Assembly: GCA_035513035.1 (NCBI GenBank) | Contig: DATKCW010000011.1 | Coordinates: forward strand, 28,893-92,892 | Source: Aridibacter sp. | GTDB lineage: Bacteria > Acidobacteriota > Blastocatellia > Pyrinomonadales > Pyrinomonadaceae | Direction: 5' to 3' | Length of the DNA stretch: 64,000 nt | Shown here: positions 36,757 through 47,012 of the stretch, piece after piece | Numbering within the stretch: the first letter of the stretch is position 1 | Layout: each line of letters begins with the position of its first letter | Translations under genes and position numbers: made by a program | Notes under the pieces: model-generated | Seen by the model: the letters and a program-made list of their open reading frames with translations, nothing else | Told to the model about the DNA's origin: nothing | The model's database searches: none

Positions 36757-38143
36757 GGCCACAGGGAACAGATTCGTCGACGCATTCAAGCGCTACATGC
36801 CGGATTCTTTCGTGTTCGCGATCCTGCTGACGCTGATCTGCGCCGTGCTCGCGGCAGCTGCCGTGGGCGCCGGACCGATGTCGATAATCTCCGGCTGGTA
36901 CAAGGGATTCTGGAGCCTGCTCGAGTTCGGGATGCAAATGGTGCTGATCCTCGTCACGGGATACGCCATCGCGCTTACACCTTCGGCGGGAAGGCTTATC
37001 GACCGCCTGGCAAAGTTCGTCGGGACGCCTACGAAGGTCTATCTGCTGGTCGTCATCGCAGGGACGATCTTCGGCTTTGTAAGCTGGGGCTGGATCGTGA
37101 TCACGGCAGTCCTCGCGCGAAAGCTCGCCGAGCGGGTCGAAGGCGTCGATTACAGGTATCTTGTGGCGTGCGTTTACCTTTCCGGCAACGGATGGGTGAC
37201 GGGTCTTTCGAGCTCGATCCCTCTTGTGCTCAATACGGAGGGTAACTTTCTGATCGATGCTGGGGTCCTGTCCGATAGGATCGCAACCTCTTTGACCCTC
37301 GCCTCGCCTCTGAATCTCGCGATGATCGGCTTTTACCTGCTCGTGCCGCCTTTGATCGTGTACTTCCTTCGGCCGAAGGGCGAGCCGGTCGGGATCGACG
37401 AGCTCAGGACCGACGTTTCGCACGGCGAAGAGCGCTCGATCGAGGATGAAGCGGAGGCCGACAAGCTTCCGTTCCGTGCGCTTTCCGATTCGCTCAACAA
37501 CAGCAGCATCCTGTCGTTCGTGATCGCCGCGATGGGACTGGTCTATGTGGTCAGCTACTTCCGGACCGAGGGGTTCGAGCTGAATCTCTCGATAATGATC
37601 TTCACCTTCCTGATGCTTGGGCTCGCACTGCACAGGACGCCGATGCGGTACGTGATCGCGATGAAGCGCGCGTGCAGCAACATCTCGGGGATCGTCTTTC
37701 AGTACCCTTTTTATGCAGGGATCATGGGAATAATGATCCACACGGGGCTCGGGGACGCGATCGGATCCGCGATGGCTTCGAACGCCTCTATCTACACGTA
37801 CCCGGTCTATTCGTATGCCGCGGGCGCGGTGGTGAACTTCGCGATCCCTTCGGCGGGCGGCGAGTACGCCGTGCTGGCGCCGAGCGTAATATCGGCTGTC
37901 AAGGAACTGGGCGCGGGGCTTCCCGCCGAAGCTCAGTCCGCGATGATCGCAAAAGCGTCGATGTCCATAGCCTACGGCGAGACGGTGACGAACCTGCTCC
38001 AGCCTTTCTTTTTCCTTACGATCGTTCCGGTAATGTGCGCGGGTGTGAAGGTCGCGGTCCGCGACGTGATGGGCTTCCTGTTCATCCCGCTTATTGTGTA
38101 CGTCGTCGTCCAGTGCGTGATGATCACGGTAATCCCGGTCTGA
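36749..38143 (+). CDS. short-chain fatty acid transporter (AtoE/TIGR00366 family)
   Basis: 464 aa polytopic protein with an AtoE-like N terminus (FVDAFKRYMPDSFVFAILLT). 8 nt overlap with the EEP gene. Confidence 0.8.
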   Translation: MPEATGNRFVDAFKRYMPDSFVFAILLTLICAVLAAAAVGAGPMSIISGWYKGFWSLLEFGMQMVLILVTGYAIALTPSAGRLIDRLAKFVGTPTKVYLLVVIAGTIFGFVSWGWIVITAVLARKLAERVEGVDYRYLVACVYLSGNGWVTGLSSSIPLVLNTEGNFLIDAGVLSDRIATSLTLASPLNLAMIGFYLLVPPLIVYFLRPKGEPVGIDELRTDVSHGEERSIEDEAEADKLPFRALSDSLNNSSILSFVIAAMGLVYVVSYFRTEGFELNLSIMIFTFLMLGLALHRTPMRYVIAMKRACSNISGIVFQYPFYAGIMGIMIHTGLGDAIGSAMASNASIYTYPVYSYAAGAVVNFAIPSAGGEYAVLAPSVISAVKELGAGLPAEAQSAMIAKASMSIAYGETVTNLLQPFFFLTIVPVMCAGVKVAVRDVMGFLFIPLIVYVVVQCVMITVIPV

Positions 38144-38273
38144 CGCTCTCGCGGCTTCGCCGCCATGGACCGCGGGCACCCTGCCCGCAAGGCCCCCTCT
38201 GTTCATCAAGTCGCCTTTGACTGCGGACATCCTGCCCACACGGCTTCCTTGGTTTACCAAACCACAATGGATT

Positions 38274-38369
38274 CTCGGACGTTCCCGCGGCTTCGCCGCC
38301 TGTGTGTGCGGAATGGCTCTGCCTTTCCGGCGGGGTCCCAAAAAGATGCCTCGGGGCTCAGCCCCGGGG
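38274..38369 (+). repeat. ~100 bp composite word (GCGGC-TTC-GCCGC ... GTGCGGAATGGCTCTGCCTTTCCGG ... CCCCGGGG palindrome)
   Basis: Recurs at 40309-40409 (same orientation) and partially at 43553-43600. Confidence 0.75.
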
Positions 38370-38472
38370 AAGAAGAAGAAGGAAGCATGCGCTCCGGTAA
38401 GGTCCTCCTGAACGGTGACACGTGGTGTAGAATGGCGGAAACCAATCCGAACCATCCTGGAAAGAATTCAAA

Positions 38473-40260
38473 ATGATCCGAAACACCTTCATCGTCCTGA
38501 TCTCCGTAGCATTCCTTCTGCTTCTAACAGCGGGGCTGAACGCCACACAGCTCACGGCCGACCTGATCCTCCACAACGGATCCGTCTGGACTGTCGATGA
38601 CCAAAACCCTCGTGCCGAGGCGGTCGCCGTTCGTGGCGAGAAGATCATACGCGTCGGCTCGGACGAAGACGTCCTGAAGCTGCGCGGTCCGATGACGCGC
38701 ATCATCGATCTCAAAGGTGCGTTCGTCCTGCCGGGCTTCAATGACAACCATGTGCACTTTGCGTCCGCGGCGAGCTTTTTCTGGAACATTAATTTGATGG
38801 ACGTTCACTCGGATAAGGCGTTCGTTGAGCGGGTTCGCGAGTACGTCGAACTTCGTCCCGGCGAACCGGTGCGCGGCGGCGGATGGGGAGCGTATGAGCA
38901 ATGGGAACTCGGAGCCGCCGCTTCAGGGGACGGCGAACGGAAGGAATGGCTTCCGGACCGGAAACTGATCGATGCCGTGACCGGCGACACGCCATTGTTC
39001 ATCAGCCGATTCGACCGCGCCTTCTACTTCGCGAACACGGCGGCGCTGAAGAACGCGGGGCTTGCAGGCACTGCGGCCGATGACGGGAACATCGAGCACG
39101 TGCGTGACTCTGAAGGGCGGATAACCGGGGCGATGCGGATCAGGAACGCGCGAGGGCTTGAGGCGAAGTTCCTGGGAGGCGACCAGACGCCCGATCGCGC
39201 AAAGCGCAAACTGATGACAGAGAACGCGCTTCGGCTTGTGAGGGAAGCCGGCGTCACGTCCTTCCAGGACATATCCGACCACGAACAGCTCCGCATCTTC
39301 TACGAGTTCCTAGACGAGGGAAGGCTGACTGCCCGTGTGAACTTCCGGTACGGCATCGAGCACTGGAATGAGATGAAGGCTCTCGGGATCAAGCGAGGAT
39401 TCGGGAGCTCGATGATCCGGCTCGGCGCCGTCAAGGGCCATATTGACGGGATAATGGGAACCAGCGGCGCGAGATTCTACGAACCGTACGACAGTGATCC
39501 CGAGAGAAAGAACCGAGGTCATTGGAGGCCCCTCACGTGGGTCTCGCCCGACCGCCCGACCGAGCTCAACCGAGGCCCGTTCACGCAGATGATGATCGAT
39601 GCGGACGCGGCCGACATACAGGTCACGGTGCACGCGATCGGAGACGAGGCGATCGGCGTGATGCTCGACATGATCGAGGCAATGACACGTGCCAACGGCG
39701 AACGAGACCGCAGAATGAGGCTCGTCCACGCGCAGGTCTTCGCGCCCAGGGATTTCGAACGGCTTCGCGGCCTGGGCGTTGTGGCGGAAGTACAGCCGTA
39801 TCACCTGAGCGACGATATGCGGTGGATGGAAGAGCGGATCGGCAAAGAGCGTTCGAAAGGCGCTTACGCTTTCAAGACCATCCGCGATAAGGGCGCTGTC
39901 CTGAGCTTCGGCAGCGACTGGCCCGGAACTTCGGCGTCGTATTATCCGATCGATCCGATCTACGCGCTCTTCGCCGCGGTCACGCGTCAGACGGTCCGCC
40001 GCTCTCCGGCCGGCGGATGGTTCCCCGACGAGCGGATCTCGACCGAAGAGGCGATCAAAGCCCACACCTGGGGATCGAGCTATGCGAGCTTTGAGGACGG
40101 TATCAAGGGCACGATCACTCCGGGCAAGCTGGCGGACATAACGGTGCTGGATATGAACTTGCTACAGACTGAACCTGCCGGCTGGATCGACGAGCGCGGA
40201 GAGATCAAGGTCCGGACGCTGTTCACGATCGTCGGCGGAAGAGTTGTGTACGAGCGGTAA
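38473..40260 (+). CDS. secreted amidohydrolase (Amidohydro_3/YtcJ-like)
   Basis: Signal peptide, PGFNDNHVHF metal-binding motif, VHAIGD, SFGSDWP. Confidence 0.85.
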   Translation: MIRNTFIVLISVAFLLLLTAGLNATQLTADLILHNGSVWTVDDQNPRAEAVAVRGEKIIRVGSDEDVLKLRGPMTRIIDLKGAFVLPGFNDNHVHFASAASFFWNINLMDVHSDKAFVERVREYVELRPGEPVRGGGWGAYEQWELGAAASGDGERKEWLPDRKLIDAVTGDTPLFISRFDRAFYFANTAALKNAGLAGTAADDGNIEHVRDSEGRITGAMRIRNARGLEAKFLGGDQTPDRAKRKLMTENALRLVREAGVTSFQDISDHEQLRIFYEFLDEGRLTARVNFRYGIEHWNEMKALGIKRGFGSSMIRLGAVKGHIDGIMGTSGARFYEPYDSDPERKNRGHWRPLTWVSPDRPTELNRGPFTQMMIDADAADIQVTVHAIGDEAIGVMLDMIEAMTRANGERDRRMRLVHAQVFAPRDFERLRGLGVVAEVQPYHLSDDMRWMEERIGKERSKGAYAFKTIRDKGAVLSFGSDWPGTSASYYPIDPIYALFAAVTRQTVRRSPAGGWFPDERISTEEAIKAHTWGSSYASFEDGIKGTITPGKLADITVLDMNLLQTEPAGWIDERGEIKVRTLFTIVGGRVVYER

Positions 40261-40518
40261 TCGCCGGCGGGGCGAGGTGCGATAGGCTTCAGCCTTTCGG
40301 CAAGGACTCTCTGACGTTCCCGCGGCTTCGCCGCGTTGATGTGCGGAAAGGCTCTGCCTTTCCGGCGGAGTCCCCCAAAAAGAGATTCCCCGGGGCTAAG
40401 CCCCGGGGAAGGAAATTGAAATACGCGCCTCGGTAAGCCGGAGGCTTACCGCACAGCCCGGCGGCATAGCCGCAAAGCATTACCGGGTTCAGTTCAGCCT
40501 ACCGGTTTATTCACTGCT

Positions 40519-40629
40519 GAGGCGCGAAGTAAGATCGGTACGTTTGCTGATTCGGATCAGCGCCATCGGCGCTGCTGGTCTGTAGAATCGCGGAACCTGA
40601 AGGGACCTTTGGCCGCTTCAGCGGCGACA
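40519..40629 (+). repeat. 111 bp direct repeat, left copy
   Basis: GAGGCGCGAAGTAAGATCGGTACGTTTGCTGATTCGGATCAGCGCC...GCCGCTTCAGCGGCGACA, with 4 mismatches to 43788-43898. Confidence 0.85.
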
Positions 40630-40656
40630 GGATCCTCGCGAGAGCGCCCAAGCTGA

Positions 40657-41601
40657 TTAATCGAGCCTGGCAGGTATTGACCCCAGGAACTGCCTGAATT
40701 CTCCGGCTGCCCGGTTTATCTCCGCAGATGATCCCTTTTCGATCTCTCGATCTGTCACGGTTGTCGCCTGCGAACCGAGTTCCGCCATCCTTCTATAGTG
40801 TTCACCGTATTCAGCAGCCAAGGCACTCTCGGAAGAAGTGAATGTGATCGAAGGCAGTTCATCCAGGGTTGTGGAAGGATCGTTCCTTGAAGCAGCATCG
40901 ACAAAAGCTGTCCACCATTTGGATATTTCCTCTGCTTCCGCATTGCGACCCTCAACCTTTAGGATCTCAGAAAGTTTCCTAAACGAGTTTTCAAAACTGG
41001 AAGCATCGGGTCCGGTTGAGGAGACACGTCCGGAAACGCCTCCATTTGAAAGCAGACTGGCAGTGAGCTTTCCAAAGAAGACTGCTGTCTTGGGATCGCC
41101 AAACGCGTTCCGGGCCCACATTAGATAAGCCGTTGACTGGGCCATCCCTGACTCGCCGGTTCGGAGCGCTTCAAGCGGAACAGCTTCTTCAAAACTTCCG
41201 ACGGCTCGTCGGTCTTTTGCGGCGAGATAGATTAGACCGATCTCTTTGAGTATCGCGGAAATGTTCAGCGGTTCACTCTTTTCCCGGTAAAAAGTCAATG
41301 CCGAGTTCAGGTTTTCGATCGCCTTGTTGCCTGCGCCGCTCTCGAAATGAAGATTGCCGAGCAGCCTTGATACTTCCGCAGACCGGCGACCGTTGCCGAT
41401 CTTTTGGTAAAGCGAGAGAGATCGGTCAAACGACTCGGCCGCCAGCGCTCGGTCTCCGAGGGCCATCTGGATCGAACCTATGTTCTGACGGATCATCGCT
41501 TCTTCTTCTTTCGCCGAAACGATGATCAGATTGGGCAATGCTCGCCTGAAATGTTCAAGCGCCTTTTCGCGGTTTCCCAGGTTGAAGTACAGGTTCGCCA
41601 A
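40657..41601 (-). CDS. TPR protein, C-terminal part of the same frameshifted gene
   Basis: This frame stays open upstream of the listed Met (..SRLSDQAIALDRLANLYFNLGNREKALEHF) to at least ~41690 and continues the TPR register of 41526..43307. Confidence 0.6.
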   Translation of the reverse strand: MANLYFNLGNREKALEHFRRALPNLIIVSAKEEEAMIRQNIGSIQMALGDRALAAESFDRSLSLYQKIGNGRRSAEVSRLLGNLHFESGAGNKAIENLNSALTFYREKSEPLNISAILKEIGLIYLAAKDRRAVGSFEEAVPLEALRTGESGMAQSTAYLMWARNAFGDPKTAVFFGKLTASLLSNGGVSGRVSSTGPDASSFENSFRKLSEILKVEGRNAEAEEISKWWTAFVDAASRNDPSTTLDELPSITFTSSESALAAEYGEHYRRMAELGSQATTVTDREIEKGSSAEINRAAGEFRQFLGSIPARLD

Positions 41602-43307
41602 ACGGTCCAGTGCGATCGCCTGGTCCGAAAGGCGTGAGGTTGAGGTATGGAATGGATGGCCCCCGTTCCCAGCTCGAAAAGCACGACGGATTTTTCCAAG
41701 GCTTTCAAAGCCAGTTCGTCCTTGCCGTTTTCGGAGTGGATCGCCGCGAAGTCAGAAAGGATTCGCGCCTTTGACGTGTGATCATCGAACTCACTGTACG
41801 CTTCTATCGACTTGGTGAACCAGGACAAGGCTTCGCCATTCCTGCCCATTGCGGCATAGACCTGACCGAGTAATTGGTTCAACCGGGCGACCTCGTAGGC
41901 CGCATTGTTCGCTTGGTAGATGTCCAGGGAATTCTTCAGGTGCTCGATCGCCTTGTCGTATTCTTTGTTTCGAAGAATGTAAAGACCTGTCTCCTTGGCA
42001 ATGAATGCCGCTCCAAAGTTGTCGCCCAACTCCTGATAAAGCCTCGACGCATTCTCGAACACTTCTGCGGGCGCACGTTTCTTGTCATTCTTCGAAAGTT
42101 CACCAAGGGCCTCGACCAGTTCTTCCCCCGCCTTTTCCCTCTTCTTCCCGATCTTACTCAGACTTTTAGGTCTATCGAACCTGAAGCTCCTGATTTGAAC
42201 AACGACCTCCTCTCCGTCGCACAATAGCGGCGGTTCAAACCGAGCATCTTTAACGGCAGCTTCCGCGATCGAACGCAGTTCGGGGCGGCCTCCGAATGCT
42301 CTTGCCTTCAAAATATTTCCTTGCGCGTCGATGGTAATAACGACGGGAACGTCGCCGTAGATGCCGTGCCTCCCAAGCTCTTTCGGAGCATCGACATCGT
42401 TCCATTCTTTTACGTCGACAAAGGACGGCCGGCGCGCAAACTTCCAGATATCGCCGAAGACGCATCCGGACTCTCCTGAAACCGAAGTGAAATTGCGCGA
42501 CCACTTCGCATACATTTCAGGATCGGACTTGAGTTCCTGCTGTATCTCTTTCAGGAGGCCTGCGACATTGGCCGCGGCGTCAAGGAGGCCGTTCTCGGAG
42601 AACTCCGGTTCGAAGATCCGTCCGCCGGAGACCGAGGAAATCATTTCCAGAAAGCTCCTGCCCTGGGCGTATTCGGACTTTGAAGTCCCCCGTGCCTGCG
42701 GGATCGAAATACCGCGCTGCCTGATGATCTGGCCAACGATGTCCGCAAAGACGCTGTTCCCGGGCGCGCTGCGTATGAAAACCGGACCTGCGTACTGTTC
42801 GTAGGAATCCAAATAGATCGGAAAAATGGCGATCCCGGACTCGCTTGCCAGCTTCATTAGCTTTGAATGATTTGTTCTCCGGCTGGTGGTGTCGACGGCG
42901 TCGGAGATCAGAATGATCGCCCTCGGGCCGGAGATCGTCTGGAAGTGATCTGCCAGGGCGTAGTCAAGCACATCATAAACGGAGGTTCCGCCTCCAACAT
43001 CGATACGCCTGATCTTCTCTATAATCCGAAGCTTGGCCTCGCCGAAGTTGCCGATAGTCTTCCTATCCTCCGAAAACGCAATGACCGAAACGTTTGCCCC
43101 ATCAAGCCGTTCTACAAGGCTCGCAGTAGCCTTCTTGATCGCATCTAGCCCGTATTCTGCGGAAGGGCTCACATCAACGAGGATAAGCACGGAAAGGTCG
43201 GTTCGGTTCGGAAGGCTGGCGTCGGTGTCCTGAGGCACAGACACGGCCGATAGCAGGAATACCGCCAGGATCGTCGCTGTGATTCGGCTTATGGCAGCTT
43301 TCCGCAT
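41526..43307 (-). CDS. VWA domain - TonB_C-like domain - TPR protein, N-terminal part of a frameshifted gene
   Basis: Signal peptide, VWA (LILVDVSPS), TonB C-terminal-like segment, TPRs. The last ~35 codons look out of frame. Confidence 0.7.
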   Translation of the reverse strand: MRKAAISRITATILAVFLLSAVSVPQDTDASLPNRTDLSVLILVDVSPSAEYGLDAIKKATASLVERLDGANVSVIAFSEDRKTIGNFGEAKLRIIEKIRRIDVGGGTSVYDVLDYALADHFQTISGPRAIILISDAVDTTSRRTNHSKLMKLASESGIAIFPIYLDSYEQYAGPVFIRSAPGNSVFADIVGQIIRQRGISIPQARGTSKSEYAQGRSFLEMISSVSGGRIFEPEFSENGLLDAAANVAGLLKEIQQELKSDPEMYAKWSRNFTSVSGESGCVFGDIWKFARRPSFVDVKEWNDVDAPKELGRHGIYGDVPVVITIDAQGNILKARAFGGRPELRSIAEAAVKDARFEPPLLCDGEEVVVQIRSFRFDRPKSLSKIGKKREKAGEELVEALGELSKNDKKRAPAEVFENASRLYQELGDNFGAAFIAKETGLYILRNKEYDKAIEHLKNSLDIYQANNAAYEVARLNQLLGQVYAAMGRNGEALSWFTKSIEAYSEFDDHTSKARILSDFAAIHSENGKDELALKALEKSVVLFELGTGAIHSIPQPHAFRTRRSHWTVWRTCTSTWETAKRRLNISGEHCPI

Positions 43308-43787
43308 CTCGTCGTTTTCGGACCCATCGTCCGATCTTAAAATTTAGACTTCTTGATTGGAACCAGACGTCACGATTATAGACACAACGAGAACGGAGAC
43401 AAAACTTTTTGCCCGCAGCCGCCGCATACTTCCGGCTTACAGATCAACGTTCAAAGAGGCCGATCGAAAACCAGAGCGTGAGAAAAGGCGCCTACGGTTC
43501 ACGGCCGAGGCACGGTACGAATCAGCTTGGGTGTGAGGATACTATGCCGATCCGGCGGCTTCGCCGGCCGGATGTGCGGAATGGCTTTGCCTTTCTGGCC
43601 GAGCTTTCAGAAGAAACCCGGATGCCGATTTGAAGATCTTGCGGCTTCGCCGTCTTGGACCGCGGGCAACCTGCCCGCAAGGTCTTCAAAAGTTGAGCCC
43701 TCCGCAAGTCTCTTCCTCTGTCCTCGCGGCATAGCCGCAAGGCATTGCCGGGCTCAGTCTGTCGAGTTTTTTCACCGCAGAGGCGCT

Positions 43788-43898
43788 GAGGCGCGAAGTA
43801 AGATCGGTACGTTTGCTGATTCGGATCAGCGCCGTCGGCGCGGCAGGTCTGTAGAATCGCGGAACCTGAAGGAACCTTTGGCCGCTTCAGCGGCGACA
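43788..43898 (+). repeat. 111 bp direct repeat, right copy
   Basis: See the left copy. Together they bracket the VWA-TPR gene. Confidence 0.85.
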
Positions 43899-43969
43899 CG
43901 TTGCGGGCGGGTCGCCCGCGGTCCATAGTCGGCGCAAACTGATGTTCGCGGTACCTCGACAGGACAGCC

Positions 43970-45091
43970 CTATTCCGGGAACGCCGATTTGTCGAGCCCC
44001 GGAAGCAGCTTCAGAGCATTCTTGTAGTAGAACTTCTTCAGCACCTCGTCCGGGAGGCCGAGCCCGTACATTTTCCAGAACGCATGGCGGCGGCGGAAGT
44101 AATCAAAGTACTCGTCGTTCGACTCGAAGATCCTGAAGTACGTGTGGTATTCCTCCGGTGCGTATGTGTCCTTCCCGAACATCACGCGGTCCTGATACCT
44201 GATGAACCACTCCCTCGCGAACTTGGGCTGTCTTCCCAGCTCCGCGACGATCGCCGCAACCTCCGTGTAAACATTCGGATTCTCGTCAAGAAGTCTCCCG
44301 AGGCTCGCCAGGTCGTTCGCCATCCAGCCAAAGTGCGCGGAGATGAACTTCGTCTTCGGGTGTTTCGCGAACAAGTTGTGCTGCTCGCGCATAACCTGCT
44401 CCCAGGGCGGGAACTTGTCGGCCGGCCGCGCTCGATTCGGGAACTGCTTCAGTTCGAGCCAGCGTTCGTTGAACCTGTCGTGCGGGTCAAAGAACGAACT
44501 TGGTTCTCCGGTATGGATCAGGACCGGAATGCCCAGCTCGCCTGCCTTCGCGAATATCGGATCGAGCCGCGGATCGTCTGTCGGGACCCGGTTACCCTTG
44601 CTGTCTGTGACTGTCAATCCAAGATTCTTAAAGATCTTAAGCCCTTGGGCACCGTTCCTGACGTCCTGTTCAAGCTGCTGTGCCGCCTTCTCTCCAAAGC
44701 CCGGCTCGTCGATCCCTTCGAAGCTGACGTTCGCGAATACTACGAACCGGTCGGGATATCTGCCTTTGTAATTGGCTACTATCTCTTTCAAGGCGTCGCC
44801 GCTTCTGCCACTCAGGTTGACCAGAACGCGCATATTCATCGCGTCCATTTCTGCGATCATCTTCTCGACGTCGCCGGGCTGAGGCTCGCCGCGCCGATGG
44901 TTATGGATGTCAATGAAAGGGAACTTCGCTTTCGTGATGGTCGTGCCGGGTACGACAAGGGTCGACTTAGGCTCGTACTCCTCGAACGACAATTCCTGGG
45001 CGAAAACGAACGGGCCCTGAAAAACAAAAAAAGCGGCGGACAGCGCCACGGTCACAAGGCTTCTACAAACTATCGATTCTGTGAATTTCAT
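43970..45091 (-). CDS. secreted amidohydrolase (Amidohydro_2 TIM-barrel family)
   Basis: Signal peptide, FIDIHNH metal motif, 373 aa. Confidence 0.8.
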   Translation of the reverse strand: MKFTESIVCRSLVTVALSAAFFVFQGPFVFAQELSFEEYEPKSTLVVPGTTITKAKFPFIDIHNHRRGEPQPGDVEKMIAEMDAMNMRVLVNLSGRSGDALKEIVANYKGRYPDRFVVFANVSFEGIDEPGFGEKAAQQLEQDVRNGAQGLKIFKNLGLTVTDSKGNRVPTDDPRLDPIFAKAGELGIPVLIHTGEPSSFFDPHDRFNERWLELKQFPNRARPADKFPPWEQVMREQHNLFAKHPKTKFISAHFGWMANDLASLGRLLDENPNVYTEVAAIVAELGRQPKFAREWFIRYQDRVMFGKDTYAPEEYHTYFRIFESNDEYFDYFRRRHAFWKMYGLGLPDEVLKKFYYKNALKLLPGLDKSAFPE

Positions 45092-45142
45092 ATCTTCCTG
45101 ATCTCACTTGTCCCAAAGAAGCAAAGAGTTACGCCTGGCGAC

Positions 45143-46807
45143 CTAAGCCAACCTGGCCCGAATCCGGGTTACCGAGGCGGGCGGAAAGGTGAAAACTGCG
45201 TAGCCGCCATTCACGTGGGCGATGGCTGTTTTCAGCCGGACGGCGTTCGGCTCCTCGAACGTGTTGTGGTCGCGGACGTTGTCCGATGCAAGGACAGCCG
45301 CTTCCGCCGACGAAATATTCGCTCCACGGACCTTGATCTCCGCCTCGCGGCTTTCCTTGAGGTGCGGATTCGAAACTGTCAGCGTCAGTGTCTTATTCTT
45401 CACGGAGGCCGATCCCGAAAGACCGTTGAATGTCGCCGGCTTGCCGTTCCTTTCATAACTCCCTGTCGGGGAGCGGAACTCGGTACGCAATGCAGACGCC
45501 CCCTGGTGGGGTGCGAACATGTCGAACACGTGGTAGGTCGGGGTCGTGACGAATTTCTCCCCGTCGGCAAGGAAGAGCGCCTGGAGGCAGTTTACAAGCT
45601 GGGCGATGTTCGCCATAAACACCTTGTCGGCGTGGCGGTTAAAGATGTCGAGCGATATTGAGGCGACGAGCGCATCGCGCATCGTGTTCTGCTGGCCAAG
45701 CAGGTGCTCCGGCTTCAGCTCGGTGCCGGGCCTGTGCCATGAGCCCCATTCGTCGACGGCGATCTTGACGCGGTGTTCCTTGTCAAACTCCCCCATTATT
45801 CCCCAGTGCGTATTGAGCAGGTCTTCGAGGCCCGCCGCGGCCGCGATCAGTTCGTAGTACTGTTCCGTGTTGAAGTCGACCGCGTCTCCTTTCCCGTCGC
45901 TCCAGTCTGAAGTCCGGCCGCCCGACACGTTCCACGAGTAATGGTGGACTCCCCATCCGTGGATCGTGTCCCAGTTGCCATAGCGCTTCTCCGCCATCCT
46001 GGAGAAGAAGCCGCGGGTCCATTCGAGATCGTCGCTCGACGCCCCCGCGCCGATGAACTTCAGCGGAACGTTGTAACCCGGGACCGCGGCTGTAAATCGC
46101 CTGTATTCCTGCGAATACTCGTCCGGAAGCAGATTGCCGCCGCAGCCCCACGACTCGTTGCCGATGCCCCAGTACTCGACGCCGAACGGTTCGCGGCTGC
46201 CTGCCGAACCCTGCGCGCGCAGTTTGGCGAGCGTCGTTGTTTCCGCCGGGGAGTTGCAGTATTCGACCCATTCCCAGAAGTCGTGCGCAGGAAGTCCGCG
46301 AAGGTTCGCCGCCAGGTACGGCTTGGCACCTACCAGGGAACAGAGGCCTATGAACTCGTTGGTCCCGAACCAGTTGGGCTCGATGCGGGAAGTGGAATCG
46401 AGCGGTACCTCTTTCGGAGCCACTCCGTACCAGAAGTTAGTGCGCTTTGGCCGCTTCGCACGGTCTCCGACTCCGTCGCGCCAGTTGTAGCTGTCCGCGA
46501 AGCAGCCTCCCGGATAGCGGATAACTCCCGGCTTCACCTTCTTCAACGCGTCGACAAGGCTTCTGCGGATGCCGTTGATGTTAGGAATCTTCGAGTCCTG
46601 CCCGACCCATATGCCGTCATAGACGACCGCACCCAGGTGCTCGACGAAGTGGCCGTAGATCTCAGGAGCGATCGTCCCGACAGGCTCGTTGACGAGGATC
46701 TCGATCGAAGAGTCCGCGGCACGGGCGGATTGCGGGAGGCCGAACGCGAGGGCAGATGAAGCAAGCAGAGAAGTTCCGAGGAATTCGCGTCTGTTCAAGG
46801 ATTTCAT
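45143..46807 (-). CDS. alpha-L-arabinofuranosidase (GH51), Tat-exported
   Basis: Tat motif NRREFLGTS. IRYPGGCFADSYNW and GIGNESWGCGG catalytic-region motifs. Confidence 0.85.
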   Translation of the reverse strand: MKSLNRREFLGTSLLASSALAFGLPQSARAADSSIEILVNEPVGTIAPEIYGHFVEHLGAVVYDGIWVGQDSKIPNINGIRRSLVDALKKVKPGVIRYPGGCFADSYNWRDGVGDRAKRPKRTNFWYGVAPKEVPLDSTSRIEPNWFGTNEFIGLCSLVGAKPYLAANLRGLPAHDFWEWVEYCNSPAETTTLAKLRAQGSAGSREPFGVEYWGIGNESWGCGGNLLPDEYSQEYRRFTAAVPGYNVPLKFIGAGASSDDLEWTRGFFSRMAEKRYGNWDTIHGWGVHHYSWNVSGGRTSDWSDGKGDAVDFNTEQYYELIAAAAGLEDLLNTHWGIMGEFDKEHRVKIAVDEWGSWHRPGTELKPEHLLGQQNTMRDALVASISLDIFNRHADKVFMANIAQLVNCLQALFLADGEKFVTTPTYHVFDMFAPHQGASALRTEFRSPTGSYERNGKPATFNGLSGSASVKNKTLTLTVSNPHLKESREAEIKVRGANISSAEAAVLASDNVRDHNTFEEPNAVRLKTAIAHVNGGYAVFTFPPASVTRIRARLA

Positions 46808-46960
46808 AGGAGGCTTCTTTATATCAGAAAAGGCGGCTGCGGCACACAGGTGCGCCGGCTAATCGGGTTCTTGTTCAGCCCTCCCGATCTTGATTAGAAT
46901 GCCTGAGTTCGTTTGGCCGGCTCGAATTCGCTTTGACCGCCCGCTTGCGGGCAGATCGCA

Positions 46961-46987
46961 AAAAAAGCCCGCGGAAAAACGCGGGCC
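46961..46987 (-). terminator. rho-independent terminator of the LVIVD/DUF305 operon
   Basis: On the minus strand: GCCCGCG-TTTTTC-CGCGGGC followed by TTTTTT, 26 nt after the stop at 47013. Confidence 0.7.
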
Positions 46988-47012
46988 TTTGAGAATGAGC
47001 TTCGGAACGCGA

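Noticed and set aside
36671-38455. Long antisense or alternative-frame ORFs overlapping well-supported genes (also 44084..45661, 47331..48908, 18667..19911, 27155..28261, 28716..29687, 6888..7916, 31040..32008, 60446..61399, 15373..16638, 39310..40065, 45941..46759)
   Set aside because: They have Arg/Pro/Gly-rich composition typical of non-coding frames in high-GC DNA. Each fully overlaps a gene with clear family motifs on the other strand or frame.
43365-43370. Sigma-70 promoter for the VWA-TPR gene (TATAAT on the minus strand with TTTGTC 17 nt upstream)
   Set aside because: The -10 hexamer is perfect but the -35 is weak, and single hexamer matches are expected by chance. It is not reported as a feature.
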